From Folioceros fuciformis (taxonomy: Eukaryota): a stretch of 56,823 nt of DNA. The stretch covers positions 79,026 through 135,848 of the forward strand of contig JBNGIO010006211.1 in NCBI GenBank assembly GCA_049999805.1, in the 5' to 3' direction. The translations under genes were made by a program, and so were the position numbers. This document shows, in pieces, positions 9,723 through 20,616 of this stretch. The notes beneath the pieces were generated by a model that saw nothing but the letters and a program-made list of their open reading frames with translations, was not told the DNA's origin and searched no databases. The stretch's first letter is position 1. The number at the start of each line of letters is the position of its first letter.

Positions 9723-11486
9723 ACAGATGACGAGGGACAGCTGGGCGAGGTCATGCAAGAGTTAGACCTCCTGGTGCACCTAGGAGTGTATGTTCCTGCA
9801 TCTCTCTTGTATCATGTCATCAAAAGGTGCATTGAGTGCAAGATTGTGGGTTTTGGCAAGCGTGTCCATTCTCTTACTGTAGCAAGTGGGTATGAACGTA
9901 ACAGATTTTTAGCTAACCACATCATCTGCATGTATGCTTCTCATGGGAGGCTGGAGGAAGCAACACATGTTTTTAGCAAACTTGCTGCACCAGACAAATT
10001 CATGTGGGCGTCCATCATCTTGTCACATGTTGATTATGGATCTCCTGCTCAGGCTATTAAGCTGTACGAACAGATGCGACAGTGTAGTGTGAAGCCAGAC
10101 AACCATGTATTTGTTGCTGTCCTTAAAGCGTGTGCCATGACATTGGATTTGGCAGGTGGCAAGAGGGTCCATGCTGATGCTTTGGGGACTGCTACTGAGC
10201 TCAATTTGTTTGTTGGCAACTGCTTGGTGGACATGTATGCAAAATGTGGAAGCTTAAATGAAGCTCGCAAAGTCTTTGACAGCCTGGCAATCCGGGATGT
10301 GGTTACATGGAATGCCATGCTTGGAGGGTATGCTCGGCGAGGGCTTGTTAAAGAGTCTCTGGATTTGTATTCAGTTATGCAAGATCAGGGCATCAATGTA
10401 GGGAATCATGTCACTATCTTGTGCCTGCTGAATGCATGCGCCAGTGTTGGAGCATTGGGCCAGGGAAAGGAGCTTCATGCGAACATTCAGAAAATTGGGC
10501 TTGAAGGTGATGTTCTTGTTGGGAGTAGCCTGGTGAACATGTATGCGAAATGTGGAAGTCTAGATGATGCGCGCAAAGTGTTCGACAGCTTGCCCACCAG
10601 AGATGTTGTGGCGTGGACTGCACTTCTCCATGGCTATGCCGAACATAGTCACGGCAAACTAGCATTAGACTGCTTCCAAGAGATGCAGCTACATGGGGTG
10701 GCGCCTAACGACACCACATTTATTTGCCTTCTTATGGCTTGCAGTCAAGAGGGGTTGGTGAATGAGGGCAAACAACTTTTCAAAGCTATGGTGGAGAAGT
10801 ATTCTATCCCACCCTCTGCACAACACTACACTTGCATGGTAGATCTTCTTGGGCGCTCAGGCTGTCTGCAAGAGGCAGAGAACATTCTGCTAAGTATGCC
10901 AATTGAGAGTGATGTTGTGGGTTGGACATCCTTGCTCAGCTCTTGCAACAGTTATGGTGACATAGATCGTGGGAGGCGGTGTTTCGAGCGGTTGATTGAA
11001 CTGGAACCTCAAAATGCAAGTGCATATCTGCTGCTGGGAAGTATGTATGCGAATGCTGGCTTGTGGAGGGATGCGAACAGAATAGAGATGCTGAGGAAGT
11101 GTGCAGGAGCGTGTAAGAAGCCTGCAAGAGCTTGGATTGAAGTGAACAGCAAAGTTCACTCTTTCGTCGTGGGCGAAGATAGGGATGATATTTCGTGCAA
11201 GCTAACGAGCGTCAATGCGCAGATGGAGGAACGCCTCATGGAGCCAGATTTGAGTGAAAGGGATGGTGCATTGTGTGGACATGCCGAAAAACTCGCGCTT
11301 GCCTATGGTTTACTGAACACTCCCAATGGCACAGCGCTGCTGGTTACCAAGAACCTCCGGATGTGCAGTGACTGCCACAACGGTACCAGGGCCATGTCTA
11401 GGTGTGAGAAGCGGGAGATCATAGTGAGGGATGCATATCGTGTGCACCATTTTGTGGATGGCGTCTGCTCCTGTGGATCTCTATGA
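9690..11486 (+). CDS. PLS-class PPR protein with E1/E2 and DYW:KP-type deaminase domain (candidate organellar RNA-editing factor, possibly U-to-C). Main exon; first in-exon ATG at 9753; likely extended 5' by CRL-derived exons
   Basis: About 11 L/S/P motifs (e.g. LVDMYAKCGSL.EARKVFD.L..RDVV.W). KKPARAWIEV replaces the PG box. HAEKLALAYGLLNTP..LLVTKNLRMCSDCH..HHFVDGVCSCGSL*. Confidence 0.93.
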   Translation, partial: EWGIEQGPYECTDDEGQLGEVMQELDLLVHLGVYVPASLLYHVIKRCIECKIVGFGKRVHSLTVASGYERNRFLANHIICMYASHGRLEEATHVFSKLAAPDKFMWASIILSHVDYGSPAQAIKLYEQMRQCSVKPDNHVFVAVLKACAMTLDLAGGKRVHADALGTATELNLFVGNCLVDMYAKCGSLNEARKVFDSLAIRDVVTWNAMLGGYARRGLVKESLDLYSVMQDQGINVGNHVTILCLLNACASVGALGQGKELHANIQKIGLEGDVLVGSSLVNMYAKCGSLDDARKVFDSLPTRDVVAWTALLHGYAEHSHGKLALDCFQEMQLHGVAPNDTTFICLLMACSQEGLVNEGKQLFKAMVEKYSIPPSAQHYTCMVDLLGRSGCLQEAENILLSMPIESDVVGWTSLLSSCNSYGDIDRGRRCFERLIELEPQNASAYLLLGSMYANAGLWRDANRIEMLRKCAGACKKPARAWIEVNSKVHSFVVGEDRDDISCKLTSVNAQMEERLMEPDLSERDGALCGHAEKLALAYGLLNTPNGTALLVTKNLRMCSDCHNGTRAMSRCEKREIIVRDAYRVHHFVDGVCSCGSL

Positions 11487-11614
11487 AAAGTAAATATAGC
11501 GGGACCTATTAGTCAACCGTAGAAGTACACCGTTCTGATAACAGTGTGCGCAACACAGAAACGTTTCACATGCAATTGAAATCAGGATGCTCAAAGGACT
11601 CTGCACCAACACAG

Positions 11615-12090
11615 GATCTGAGTACGTGCAATAGTCCGGAACTACTTTGTGTACAAGATTCAGCAGGTCATGGTGCGTGGTGACAGATCTGGAATTTTCC
11701 ATCATCTTGTACTGCAGGTAAAAGGTTGATAACTCAAGGGGCAAGATGGATAGCTTCCAGCACCCCTACTGTTTTTCACCGATTTCTGACCAAGGACCAC
11801 TCTGTTGTTCACATCTTGTTTCGCAGGCCGTGCTTTGGCAGCCTGCTGCTACATAAGGAGTCGTTGCTGTGGCAGTGTGTAGAATAGACTAGATGTTGGA
11901 GTGTGTCTGGTACAAACTAGTTAGGGAGTCAGGTTGGGTCGCAAGAACGGGCGTAAAGGCTTAAGTGCATTTATGACCAGCGCGAACGAGGACCTCGTGC
12001 CTGGTCGTTGCCATCACACACAGCAATAGGGAGAAGACGGAGCACAACCACAACTCACGTGGCAAGAAAATGTCAGAACACATCAGCCAT
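11615..12090 (-). pseudogene. Decayed duplicate of the last exon, 3' flank and part of the last intron of the EDR1-like kinase
   Basis: Colinear with 15285-15800, e.g. GAGTCAGGTTGGGTCGCAAGAACGG..AAAGGCTTAAGTGCATT vs GAGTCAGGTTGTGTCGCAAGAATGG..AAAGGCTTAAGTGCATT. Confidence 0.85.
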
Positions 12091-13059
12091 GAGACGCGTG
12101 CCGGGGCGTCGGCAAGCAAGTAATCAAAATTTCAGTTGCGAGAATTTTAAGGTGTTCTCTACCGATGGTAGACTAGCACATCCTCATCGAAATGTGGATT
12201 TGAGGTGTGAACACTTTATCGTTGCAAGATAGCCCACTGTTCATCGAAACGCGAAATGCAAGGTGTACTCTATCGAGTGTCCCCGTGGAAATCTCGCGGT
12301 GTAGCGTCTTGGCAGAAGTTTCGGTTGCAGATGTTGTTCTCGCTTGGAATGTCTTGCGGGCTTCGCCCCTAGGCTTACAAGTGTTGATAAGCCCCACTAG
12401 GATGCGAAACCTAGAAAACATGTACATACTCAACAGGAGGTTTCAGCCCAAAATTCGAGCTGAGACTTCAGGCTTCCCCAATGAACAGGATGGTACGGTA
12501 CCCCCAGCATACGAGTCAACATTAGCGGACATAGGGTGCTGGGAGCTGACAAGAGAAGGTCGGTGCAAGGGAGGAAAGGTAGAGGCACGGCTCACTAGGC
12601 AAACAGTAGATGGTCCCCCGTCTGGCCAGGAGATCTTGCGCTTCATCCGTCTGGCCAGGAGATCNNNNNNNNNNCGCTTCATCCGTCTGGCCAGGAGATC
12701 TTGCGCTTCATCCGTCTGGCCGGCACATCATTTAGCGGCAGCCCATGTTGCAGCCTAGCAAGGTTTTTACACCCATAAAGGCTCTATCCAATAAAGATTT
12801 CGTCTGTAGGCGATGGGCACTTCACTACCCGTGGCTGCAGAGCGCAATGGAGTTGATATAATCACGGGAGCAGCTTGGAGAGGAGAGATTATATACAGGG
12901 CTCTCGAGCGAAGGAAGGAGAGGACCGAAACGTGCTGCACCTGAAGCAGTCTGCTGCCTTTGTCTAGTATATGATACTAGCTCTGCCACGGCTGTAGTAC
13001 ATGATACTAGCTCCTCCTTGGCCACGGCTAAAGTGAAAAGAATGCAGCTCCACTCCCAA

Positions 13060-14364
13060 TCAGGATTGCTTGGCATTCACCATGTAGATGGCAGCCAGAG
13101 TGACAGTGGCTCCAAACAGTTGCAAAGGAGTGAGAGTCTCGTGCAGGAAAAGGTATCCGAAGAGGGCAGCGAACATGGGGGTGAGGAAGGTGAGAGAGCT
13201 GAGCTTGGTGAGGCTACCTCGGGTGGCGTTATAGAAGAAGATGCCGTAACTGACAGCGCTGCCGAACACGGAGGTGTACACCAGCGCAGCCCAGTCGGTA
13301 GGTAGGAGCTCCTGCAACCCCCCACTCAAAGCGGGGTCATGCTGTGCCGCCGACAGGGCTAGCAGCGGCAGTCCTCCTAGGATCATGTGCCATCCTGTGG
13401 CCATGACGGGGTCCGAGTACTTGCACACCCAGCGCACCATAACAGTCCCCACCGCCATGCTCTGTGCCGCCAGCAGCATCCACCACTCCCCGCTCTCCCA
13501 CAAATTCCATCCCGAATCCAAGCTCAACCCGAGCCCGCCCTGAAGCGCCTCCGGGGGGACCTCCAATAGCAAAAGCCCGGCCACCCCAGTAGCCAACCCC
13601 GCAGCCCCGACCGGCCCGATGTTCTCACCGAACAGTATAGCCGCCAGTACAGCCACCGTGAGTGGCTGCGAGTCGATGATGACGCTGCCCAGCCCCGCGC
13701 TCGTCCGCCTCAAACCCTCCACTAGGAACCCCTGGAAGCAGGCGGCGTCTACCAGCCCGAAGAGCGCGATGGCAACCCATGCCTGCACCCCCGCCGGATG
13801 CTTCCTTCCCTTCCAGACCGCGAAGCTTACAAGCAACGCTCCCGAGGGTATCAGCCTGGTGGCCGCCACGAAGAGCGGGCCGGCTTTGGGCAGCACGTCC
13901 TTCATGGCCACCATGGCCGTGCCCCAGAAGAAGAAGGGCGAGATGAGCAGCGCCGTGTCCAGCACTTGCTCTAGCAGCATAGACCCCGACTCCACATCCG
14001 CATTCCTCCTGTTGCTGGTGCTAGCTCCATCCAGCTCCACATTCTCCTCTTCTGCTCCTGGGCGGACCAGGCACTCGACATCCGCACCAGTCCCCACACA
14101 ATCCAGCTCCACCTCCTGCTGTAGCTGTTTCTCCGAGCCGGCTCTCACGGTCATGGGAGTGGGAGCCCGGTGAGCCCGTCCCTGTGCTCCCCAGGCATAA
14201 GGGTGTGAATGGCCTCCATGCTTGGCGATGTTCGTAAGCACTTGGAATCGGTGTCCCGTAGATCTGCTATCTCCTGCATACCCAACACATTTGTGCTCAA
14301 CGGGTGGCCGGGCCCGACACGATGGGTAGGGGTTGCCGGACCAGCACCAGCCCAGCGTCGCCAT
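13060..14364 (-). CDS. EamA/DMT-family membrane transporter (plastid WAT1-related type), single exon, ~434 aa
   Basis: Transit-peptide-like N-terminus, then LISPFFFWGTAMVAMK..GPLFVAATRLIPSG..FQGFLVEGL.RTSAGLGSVIIDSQPLTVA and a second EamA repeat ending GSLTKLSSLTFLTPMFA. First ATG is at 14364. Confidence 0.9.
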   Translation of the reverse strand: MATLGWCWSGNPYPSCRARPPVEHKCVGYAGDSRSTGHRFQVLTNIAKHGGHSHPYAWGAQGRAHRAPTPMTVRAGSEKQLQQEVELDCVGTGADVECLVRPGAEEENVELDGASTSNRRNADVESGSMLLEQVLDTALLISPFFFWGTAMVAMKDVLPKAGPLFVAATRLIPSGALLVSFAVWKGRKHPAGVQAWVAIALFGLVDAACFQGFLVEGLRRTSAGLGSVIIDSQPLTVAVLAAILFGENIGPVGAAGLATGVAGLLLLEVPPEALQGGLGLSLDSGWNLWESGEWWMLLAAQSMAVGTVMVRWVCKYSDPVMATGWHMILGGLPLLALSAAQHDPALSGGLQELLPTDWAALVYTSVFGSAVSYGIFFYNATRGSLTKLSSLTFLTPMFAALFGYLFLHETLTPLQLFGATVTLAAIYMVNAKQS

Positions 14365-14749
14365 CCTTACCCCTCGCTCCGCCACCTACGCTTCTTGAAC
14401 ATGGAAAACGGCACAGGAAGCAGGGAGTGAGGGGGGAATAGGTAGTATGCATAGCTTCTTCAGGCATAGGTCTGTGCTTTGCCTGAAGCTATGCATATCA
14501 AATTCAGACACGCGTTTGTTTTAGGTGCTCTGCCAGCTACGTGAGTCTGCAGCGCACGAGCCGCCTCCAGGCTGCGTGCAGGCAGCAGATTCTACAGGCG
14601 CTGAGGCGAGGTGGAGCACGGTCTACAGAGGCTGGGTACAGTTTTTGCGTGGACAGAAGTCAATGGACGTCCGAAGTGGCCCTTCGTGTGCGCCCCTTCT
14701 ACCTGCGTGTGCTCTCGTACTGTTGTCTGCTTCGATGTCTTCTCTCATC

Positions 14750-15260
14750 CCATCTGGTCGATCAAGTGCAAACAGGTTAGCCCGTCCCGATGTTTTCGAA
14801 GGGTAGCCAGCAGGGCGATCGTTTGCGTAAGGCGGACCCTACAGACAGGGGCTTGGCCTAAAGCGGGTTGCAGCCAGGAATGTAAGAGGGGGCCGAACGT
14901 TGTAGCTGCGAAGAAGGTTGCAAGCAGCTGCCATCAGATGCGCCAAGATGAGTCTGTGACTGGCCTAAACCGTCCAGACATGGCAGTCTTGAAAGCCGTG
15001 CGTCACGAGAACGGGGAGACCCGCTCCACCACAACAGCAGCCGTATGTTGCCCATGCAAGTGATTAAAGCTGTATGCCTCAGCTTCTCAGGCGGCTCGTT
15101 TCTGATCTGTTCGATCACCAAGATCACCTGCCCGTGAAAGGACATCTGTACTTACTAGCCTTAGTGGCCGAACATGTTACTCAATCTGCTTGGATGGAGG
15201 TGGGGTTCCCAGTCCCTCATCCTGTAGGATAGAGTGCAAGCCCGTGGCGCCCTGAACGTG
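14750..15260 (+). pseudogene. Second, more decayed copy of the CRL 5' flank and exon 1
   Basis: Colinear with 8290-8810 and with the reverse complement of ~5040-5520 (GGGTTGCAGCCAGGAATGTAAGAGGGGG..GCAGCTGCCATCAGATGCGC..CCGCTCCACCACAACAGC..). Frameshifted. Confidence 0.85.
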
Positions 15261-15439
15261 TGTTATGGTTCAGAGTCCAGAAGAGTACCTCAGTACTCGC
15301 AATCGTGCGAAGCCATTTTGTTTTGAAGCTGCATGAAACAAAGCATCGCGAGTGGTGACACTACCAAATTACAGATGTCGAATTTTATCAACTTCGTCAT
15401 CATGTACTTCATGAGAAGGTGTTAGAAAATTTCTCCAGG

Positions 15440-18400
15440 TCATGGGGCCAACTGAATGTCTTTAAAAGCAATACCCCTACTCGCATCCAATCTGTTGTTC
15501 AACAACATCTGACCAGGGAACACTCTGTTGTTCACGTCTTGTCTGGCAGACCGTTGTCTGACGGCCTGCTGCTGCACAAGAAGTTGTTGCTGCGGCGGTT
15601 TTGGAAGCAGACTAACAGTTGGAGTGTGTCTTAGAGAGTCAGGTTGTGTCGCAAGAATGGGCCTTTGCAAAGGCTTAAGTGCATTCATCAACTGCACGAA
15701 TGACGGCCTCATGCTTTGATCGCTGCCATCACACAGCAATAATGAGAACACTAAACAACCACAAGTAATACAACAAGAAAATATCAAAACTTAGCAACAT
15801 GGCCTTATACATAAACGAGATAGCGTAGAGAGCATGGCTCGACTTCAGAATATGACCCCAAAAAGCAGTCAGCGCTCTTTTCCCACATCAAGTGACCCCC
15901 TGATTTCCCCACCTTATTCCCCCACCAGTCCTAGATGGATGGGATTGAAATAGCTTACTTTTGCCAGCATTCTCGAATGATTCGAGCTATTACAGGGTCC
16001 ATCTGGTCAGGAATCTCAAGGCGACGATGTTGGAACCCCACAGCACCGACCACCTGCATTGGGTTCATTCCTGCCCAAGGCTGTTGTAAGGTAGCTAACT
16101 CCCAGAGTATCACTCCAAAACTATATACATCAGACCTGCAAGCATCCAACAGATCAAAAAAGCAGCATGCATTAGTCACAAAAGAAGGCACAATCAAGGA
16201 TGAGCATGTCTTGCCAGGTAGAACAAATTTCACTTCAAGGGGAAGTCAAGAACTGGGGCAATCCACTGCGAGAAGCTTACTTCTCATTCGATGGTTCATT
16301 TCTGAGAACTTCTGGGGCCATCCACTCTGGCTGTAGAAGTTAGAGGGGTATTTATTAGAAGACCCAAAAGGGAGACACTCCTTGAACTACATGCAGCAAA
16401 CATGAACTCCTTTGACAGTAGCTTGCAGTCAAAACACACAATGTTCTTTCAATACTAAAATCCTAATTCAGCTAGCTTAGCTCTGTACAGTTCCAGCTGT
16501 CGACTTGGAGGATAGAAATGTGTGGTGCTTCATTCTTGAGAGACCGAAGTCGCAGACCTGCCATGAAGAGAAGAGCTTAGTTGACACAATACATAGGACG
16601 AAAAGGATGATGAACTGATGAGCTCAGAACAAAATGTACCTTGACAACCCAGTTTTTGTCAACCAGCAAATTGGGGGACTTAAGATCACGATGAACAATA
16701 AGAGGGGTGCAGCTGTGCAGATAGTTCATGCCCTTTGCCTGCAGATGAAGGCCATGAGTATGCTGTATAGCGAATGTCCTATACGGCGAATGTCCAACCC
16801 CCCAAATGCTAGCACTCTGAGGCATCTACTGACAAGATCCTCAGAACAAACTTACAACATCCAAGGCCATCCGGAGCCGTCTTCTTTCGTCAAGCTGATT
16901 ATTTGGGCGGTGAATCAACCTGTACAAACTGCCCCTGCAAACCCAGCACTTTCTTATAAGAAACAGACAGGTTTCCCTACTGCCTAGTAACTATACACGC
17001 TGACAATGTTAGTCTAGCTCTCAACTAGCTGCATGCAAAGGTGAAGACATTTTTTCTCAACCCATTTACTCATTTCAATCACCTGGGCAGGAACTCTGTG
17101 ACGATTGACAGATTAGGTGCCCTGGTAACAGCTCCCATGAACAAAACGACATTGGGATGCCGCAGTCTCCTCATTATCCGCACCTGTTCCCAGAAACCAC
17201 CTTACATCACATTCAGTGGCTTTATACAAGTAAAACATTTCACTTTGGGGGTATCTCCACACAGTCAAAATCACCTCACTTCGGAATTCCTCAAGCGCAT
17301 CTCCCGAGAGATCCTGGTCCAGAAACTTTTTTACTGCTACTTCCTGCGATGCCATGGCTGGAACATCAGCTGAGCAACCAACAAATACATCTGATTCATA
17401 ACCCCAACCCCCTAATTCGTACATAAGTATAACAAACCAATCAAATCCATGTAGTAATGCCAGCAGAAAAGCCACAACTTACTGATCCATGCCAGTCTCC
17501 TCGGTAAACTTCACCATATGAACCTGCATAATGAAATGCTGCCAGGTCAATTCCAAGTATCAACGTCTTAGTGAATATACACTAGAACCTTAACAGGCCC
17601 TATTGTTGCCACGAGACTTTCAGAAAGAACCACAGATAAGAAATGGAGCTAAAGGATGCAGGTTACCCAGCCCTATCCTTTCCCCCATCACTATATCTTC
17701 CCAAAGAATCTCCCACTCGGCCACATCATCAAGTACAGACTCCTGGGAGTAGAGAGAGCCTGAAATTGCAGTTCTGTGTCCTTCACCTGAAAGTTTCGTG
17801 TTAGCACTTCCTCCAACAGAGACATTCTTTCCAAGAAGAGTCAACCAGCTCCTCCAGTTCTGCGCATGCTCACCTGTTGGTTCAAACTTATCACAACTGC
17901 TGAAAGCTGTCATGCCTGACTTCTCTTTTGTGCCTTCTGTCACAACTGAGGGTGCTACAATTGTAGCTCCATGCGCAAGCTCTGAACCCAAGTGAGATTT
18001 ACGCTTAATATTCACTTCTGCCGGGCTTGTTGAGGCATCAGCTGCATTGGGTTCCAGAGGGCCTTCTTCCGGTGCATAGACTGGACATGATGCGGTGGGG
18101 AAGGTAGAACAATCAGCAAGACAATCCAGATAATTCTTATCATGGTACGCTTTTGAGTCATGCCTAGTATGTCCTGCGAGACTCCTGTCTTCCATTCCAT
18201 CTGCTTTTACTGGCTGGGGCTTAGCGTTTATCATCATACCTGGGATATCTTTCACTTGTAGTACTTCTAGTGGACCGAGTTCCTCAGTCCAGAATGGTGA
18301 TATCCCATGCGTAGTTGGGCTAACAAGCATTTGGGTGCCTGAAGACCGAAGTTCACTATCCTCTATTGACGGACAAAGATACCCACTGTCAGATTTGGAA

Positions 18401-20616
18401 TCCAGGGCACCCATACCCTGGGGAACATATTTGTCGATGCCTACAAGCTGTGAGGCTGTCGGGCCGCTCTCTTGTGGCCCTGAAGATTGAGCTGTTTTGC
18501 TCCGACTATCACATTTTACATCATTGGAAGTTTCTGCAGTCCTGGATGCTGACGTTGTGGATGTCCTGCTTTCTTCTCCATGTGATTCTGTTGATGATAC
18601 CCCATCATCCTGCCTCGACTCCAATCCGATGGTTGCCAAAGGTGCATTTATTGTAGACGGTTCCAGTAGGTTTAAGGAGCCGGTCACATCAGGCGGGATG
18701 AGCGTACCGGGATCCCCCACCAGGTCTACTATGTACTCCCTGTGAAATGAACGAAACAACACAAACTGCACATGAATCTCACGTAACTGAGGCACTTTCA
18801 CGGCAGGCAATAATGCACACCTGTGTCTACAACAAAAATTACACGTTGCAGGCAGCAAACAAACAGCTTCCAAGTTCTAAGACTAATGTCAGGAGTGCAG
18901 CTTCAGTAGTGTCTGCAGAAGAGAACTGGTAAAGGAAAATCAGCATACCTATCATCATCGCCCTTGACAATGTTCAAGGCACCTTCATCAAGCCCGGTGT
19001 AGAGGCGTCCTTTTAGAAGCCGACTAGGGATCCCAACATGGTCGGCCAGAACCTGGAACGGACGTACACGCACGTGTAGTCAAAAACAATTAATTTCCAC
19101 TAACCACGATGGGTGCTTGCACAATCAAATTTAGAGCAAGCAAAGGAGAGAAACAAGGAACAAAGAGAAGCTGGCAACGTCCTATTGGTATACTAAGTGC
19201 AAAATGCACCTTAAACAGTAGTGCACGATGACGAGCTAAGCCGATGCTTAGTCTACCCAAGGGCAACACGATATTGTGAATAGAGGATTTCAGCGCCCAA
19301 CTTGTTGTTCTCCACACGGTCAGCATATCGATGTCGCTGGCCACAGGTCCACCCATGTGTTCAGCCACTAAACGTGCAAGACTTTCCACAAGACCCCTGC
19401 TCCGATACCCAGGCTCAACAGCTCCGAGCTCATACGCCAATGCCAGTGCCCGCTTTTCCAGCACAAGCAAGTCAGGATCTGTTGCTCTATTTACAAGAAC
19501 CACTTCGTAAGTGATGGTATCTATAACAGGGAGTGCTTCCAGATCCGAGAGAGAGGGCATTCTTTCGAACATAGTTGATTCAGTGATACCATAGACATCA
19601 TAAAACCCGTCTACCACATAGTCCTCATAACCAAGGTAGTTGTAGGTCTGCAAAGTGAGAGCAGCAACAGTCTTCCCGTCAGAAGAGGTGCAAGATTGGA
19701 TCTTTCCTTGCTGGTAACCATAATGCACTACCCGGATTTCAGTCGACCAAGAATAGACATGCAAAGTTTCAAATGAAGCTTTCTTGGACTTTAGACAGTG
19801 CGGACGATCTGTACTCCTGATATGTCGGAACCTTCAATCAAAGCGCAAGTGACAGACTGCACAGACCATTCACTGAAAATGTGGAGTATGAACGGCTCAT
19901 TTTTCAGCTAACAGGAGAGGTGACAATACAACGCACCACATGCTGTAAGCATACTCAGAGCTTCACAGATGCACCCAGCCAGCCCCAACAACCAGCTGCA
20001 TCACACCAGGGAACCGCTCTTCATGCCCTGCCCTCTAAAAATCTCAGTCAGCTTCACCTACCCAGTACCGATATGCAATGACCTCAGCTTGCACAGCAGC
20101 CGTCGACGGGCTCAGGCCAAGACTTATCCTCTTCACAGCCTCGATCTCAAGGATTTCTGGATCCACGTTCTGCTCATTGTTGGATGCACTGATCGCCATG
20201 GCCAGCTGCACCTGATACTCCTCCTCCATAGACTGATAATCCACATTACTCGAAGCTACTCCAAAAGTGGCCACCCCAGAGTTGGTCCCCGTCAGCGTTC
20301 CCGTTCCCGCTCCCATTCCCCCAGATCTAATCCCCTCCGGCCCAGCACTGGCCACACTCTCCCTCCCCGGCCGCACGCTCCCTGCCCCGCCCACCTGGCT
20401 GTGTGCAATGGACGGCAGCTGCCGACCCAGCCACCCCGAGATGGCGCTGGCAGGGGACAGCCGCTGATCAGATGACGCCGCTGCAGACTCAGCGTGCCCG
20501 GCTCGGCCAGCTCCGCTACCGGTGTCGTCCGCTGCTCTCGCTTCCGGCGCCCTCGCGCCATCTACATGATCGTCATGCCCGCCTCCGAAGTGCAATTTCC
20601 TCAGCAGATGCTTCAT
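15440..20616 (-). CDS. B3-group Raf-like MAPKKK (EDR1/CTR1 family), multi-exon
   Basis: MKHLLRKLH start; [18 protein letters not shown]1 domain ([22 protein letters not shown]). Kinase exons [61 protein letters not shown]. Introns are GT-AG. Confidence 0.93.

Noticed and set aside
12618-12721. ~29-bp repeat CCGTCTGGCCAGGAGATCTTGCGCTTCAT around a 10-N gap
   Set aside because: Copy number cannot be trusted because the gap sits inside the array; it may be partly an assembly overlap.
12207-12758. 183-aa ORF
   Set aside because: Non-ATG start, spans a gap and repeat, and has no recognisable motif. At most TE debris.
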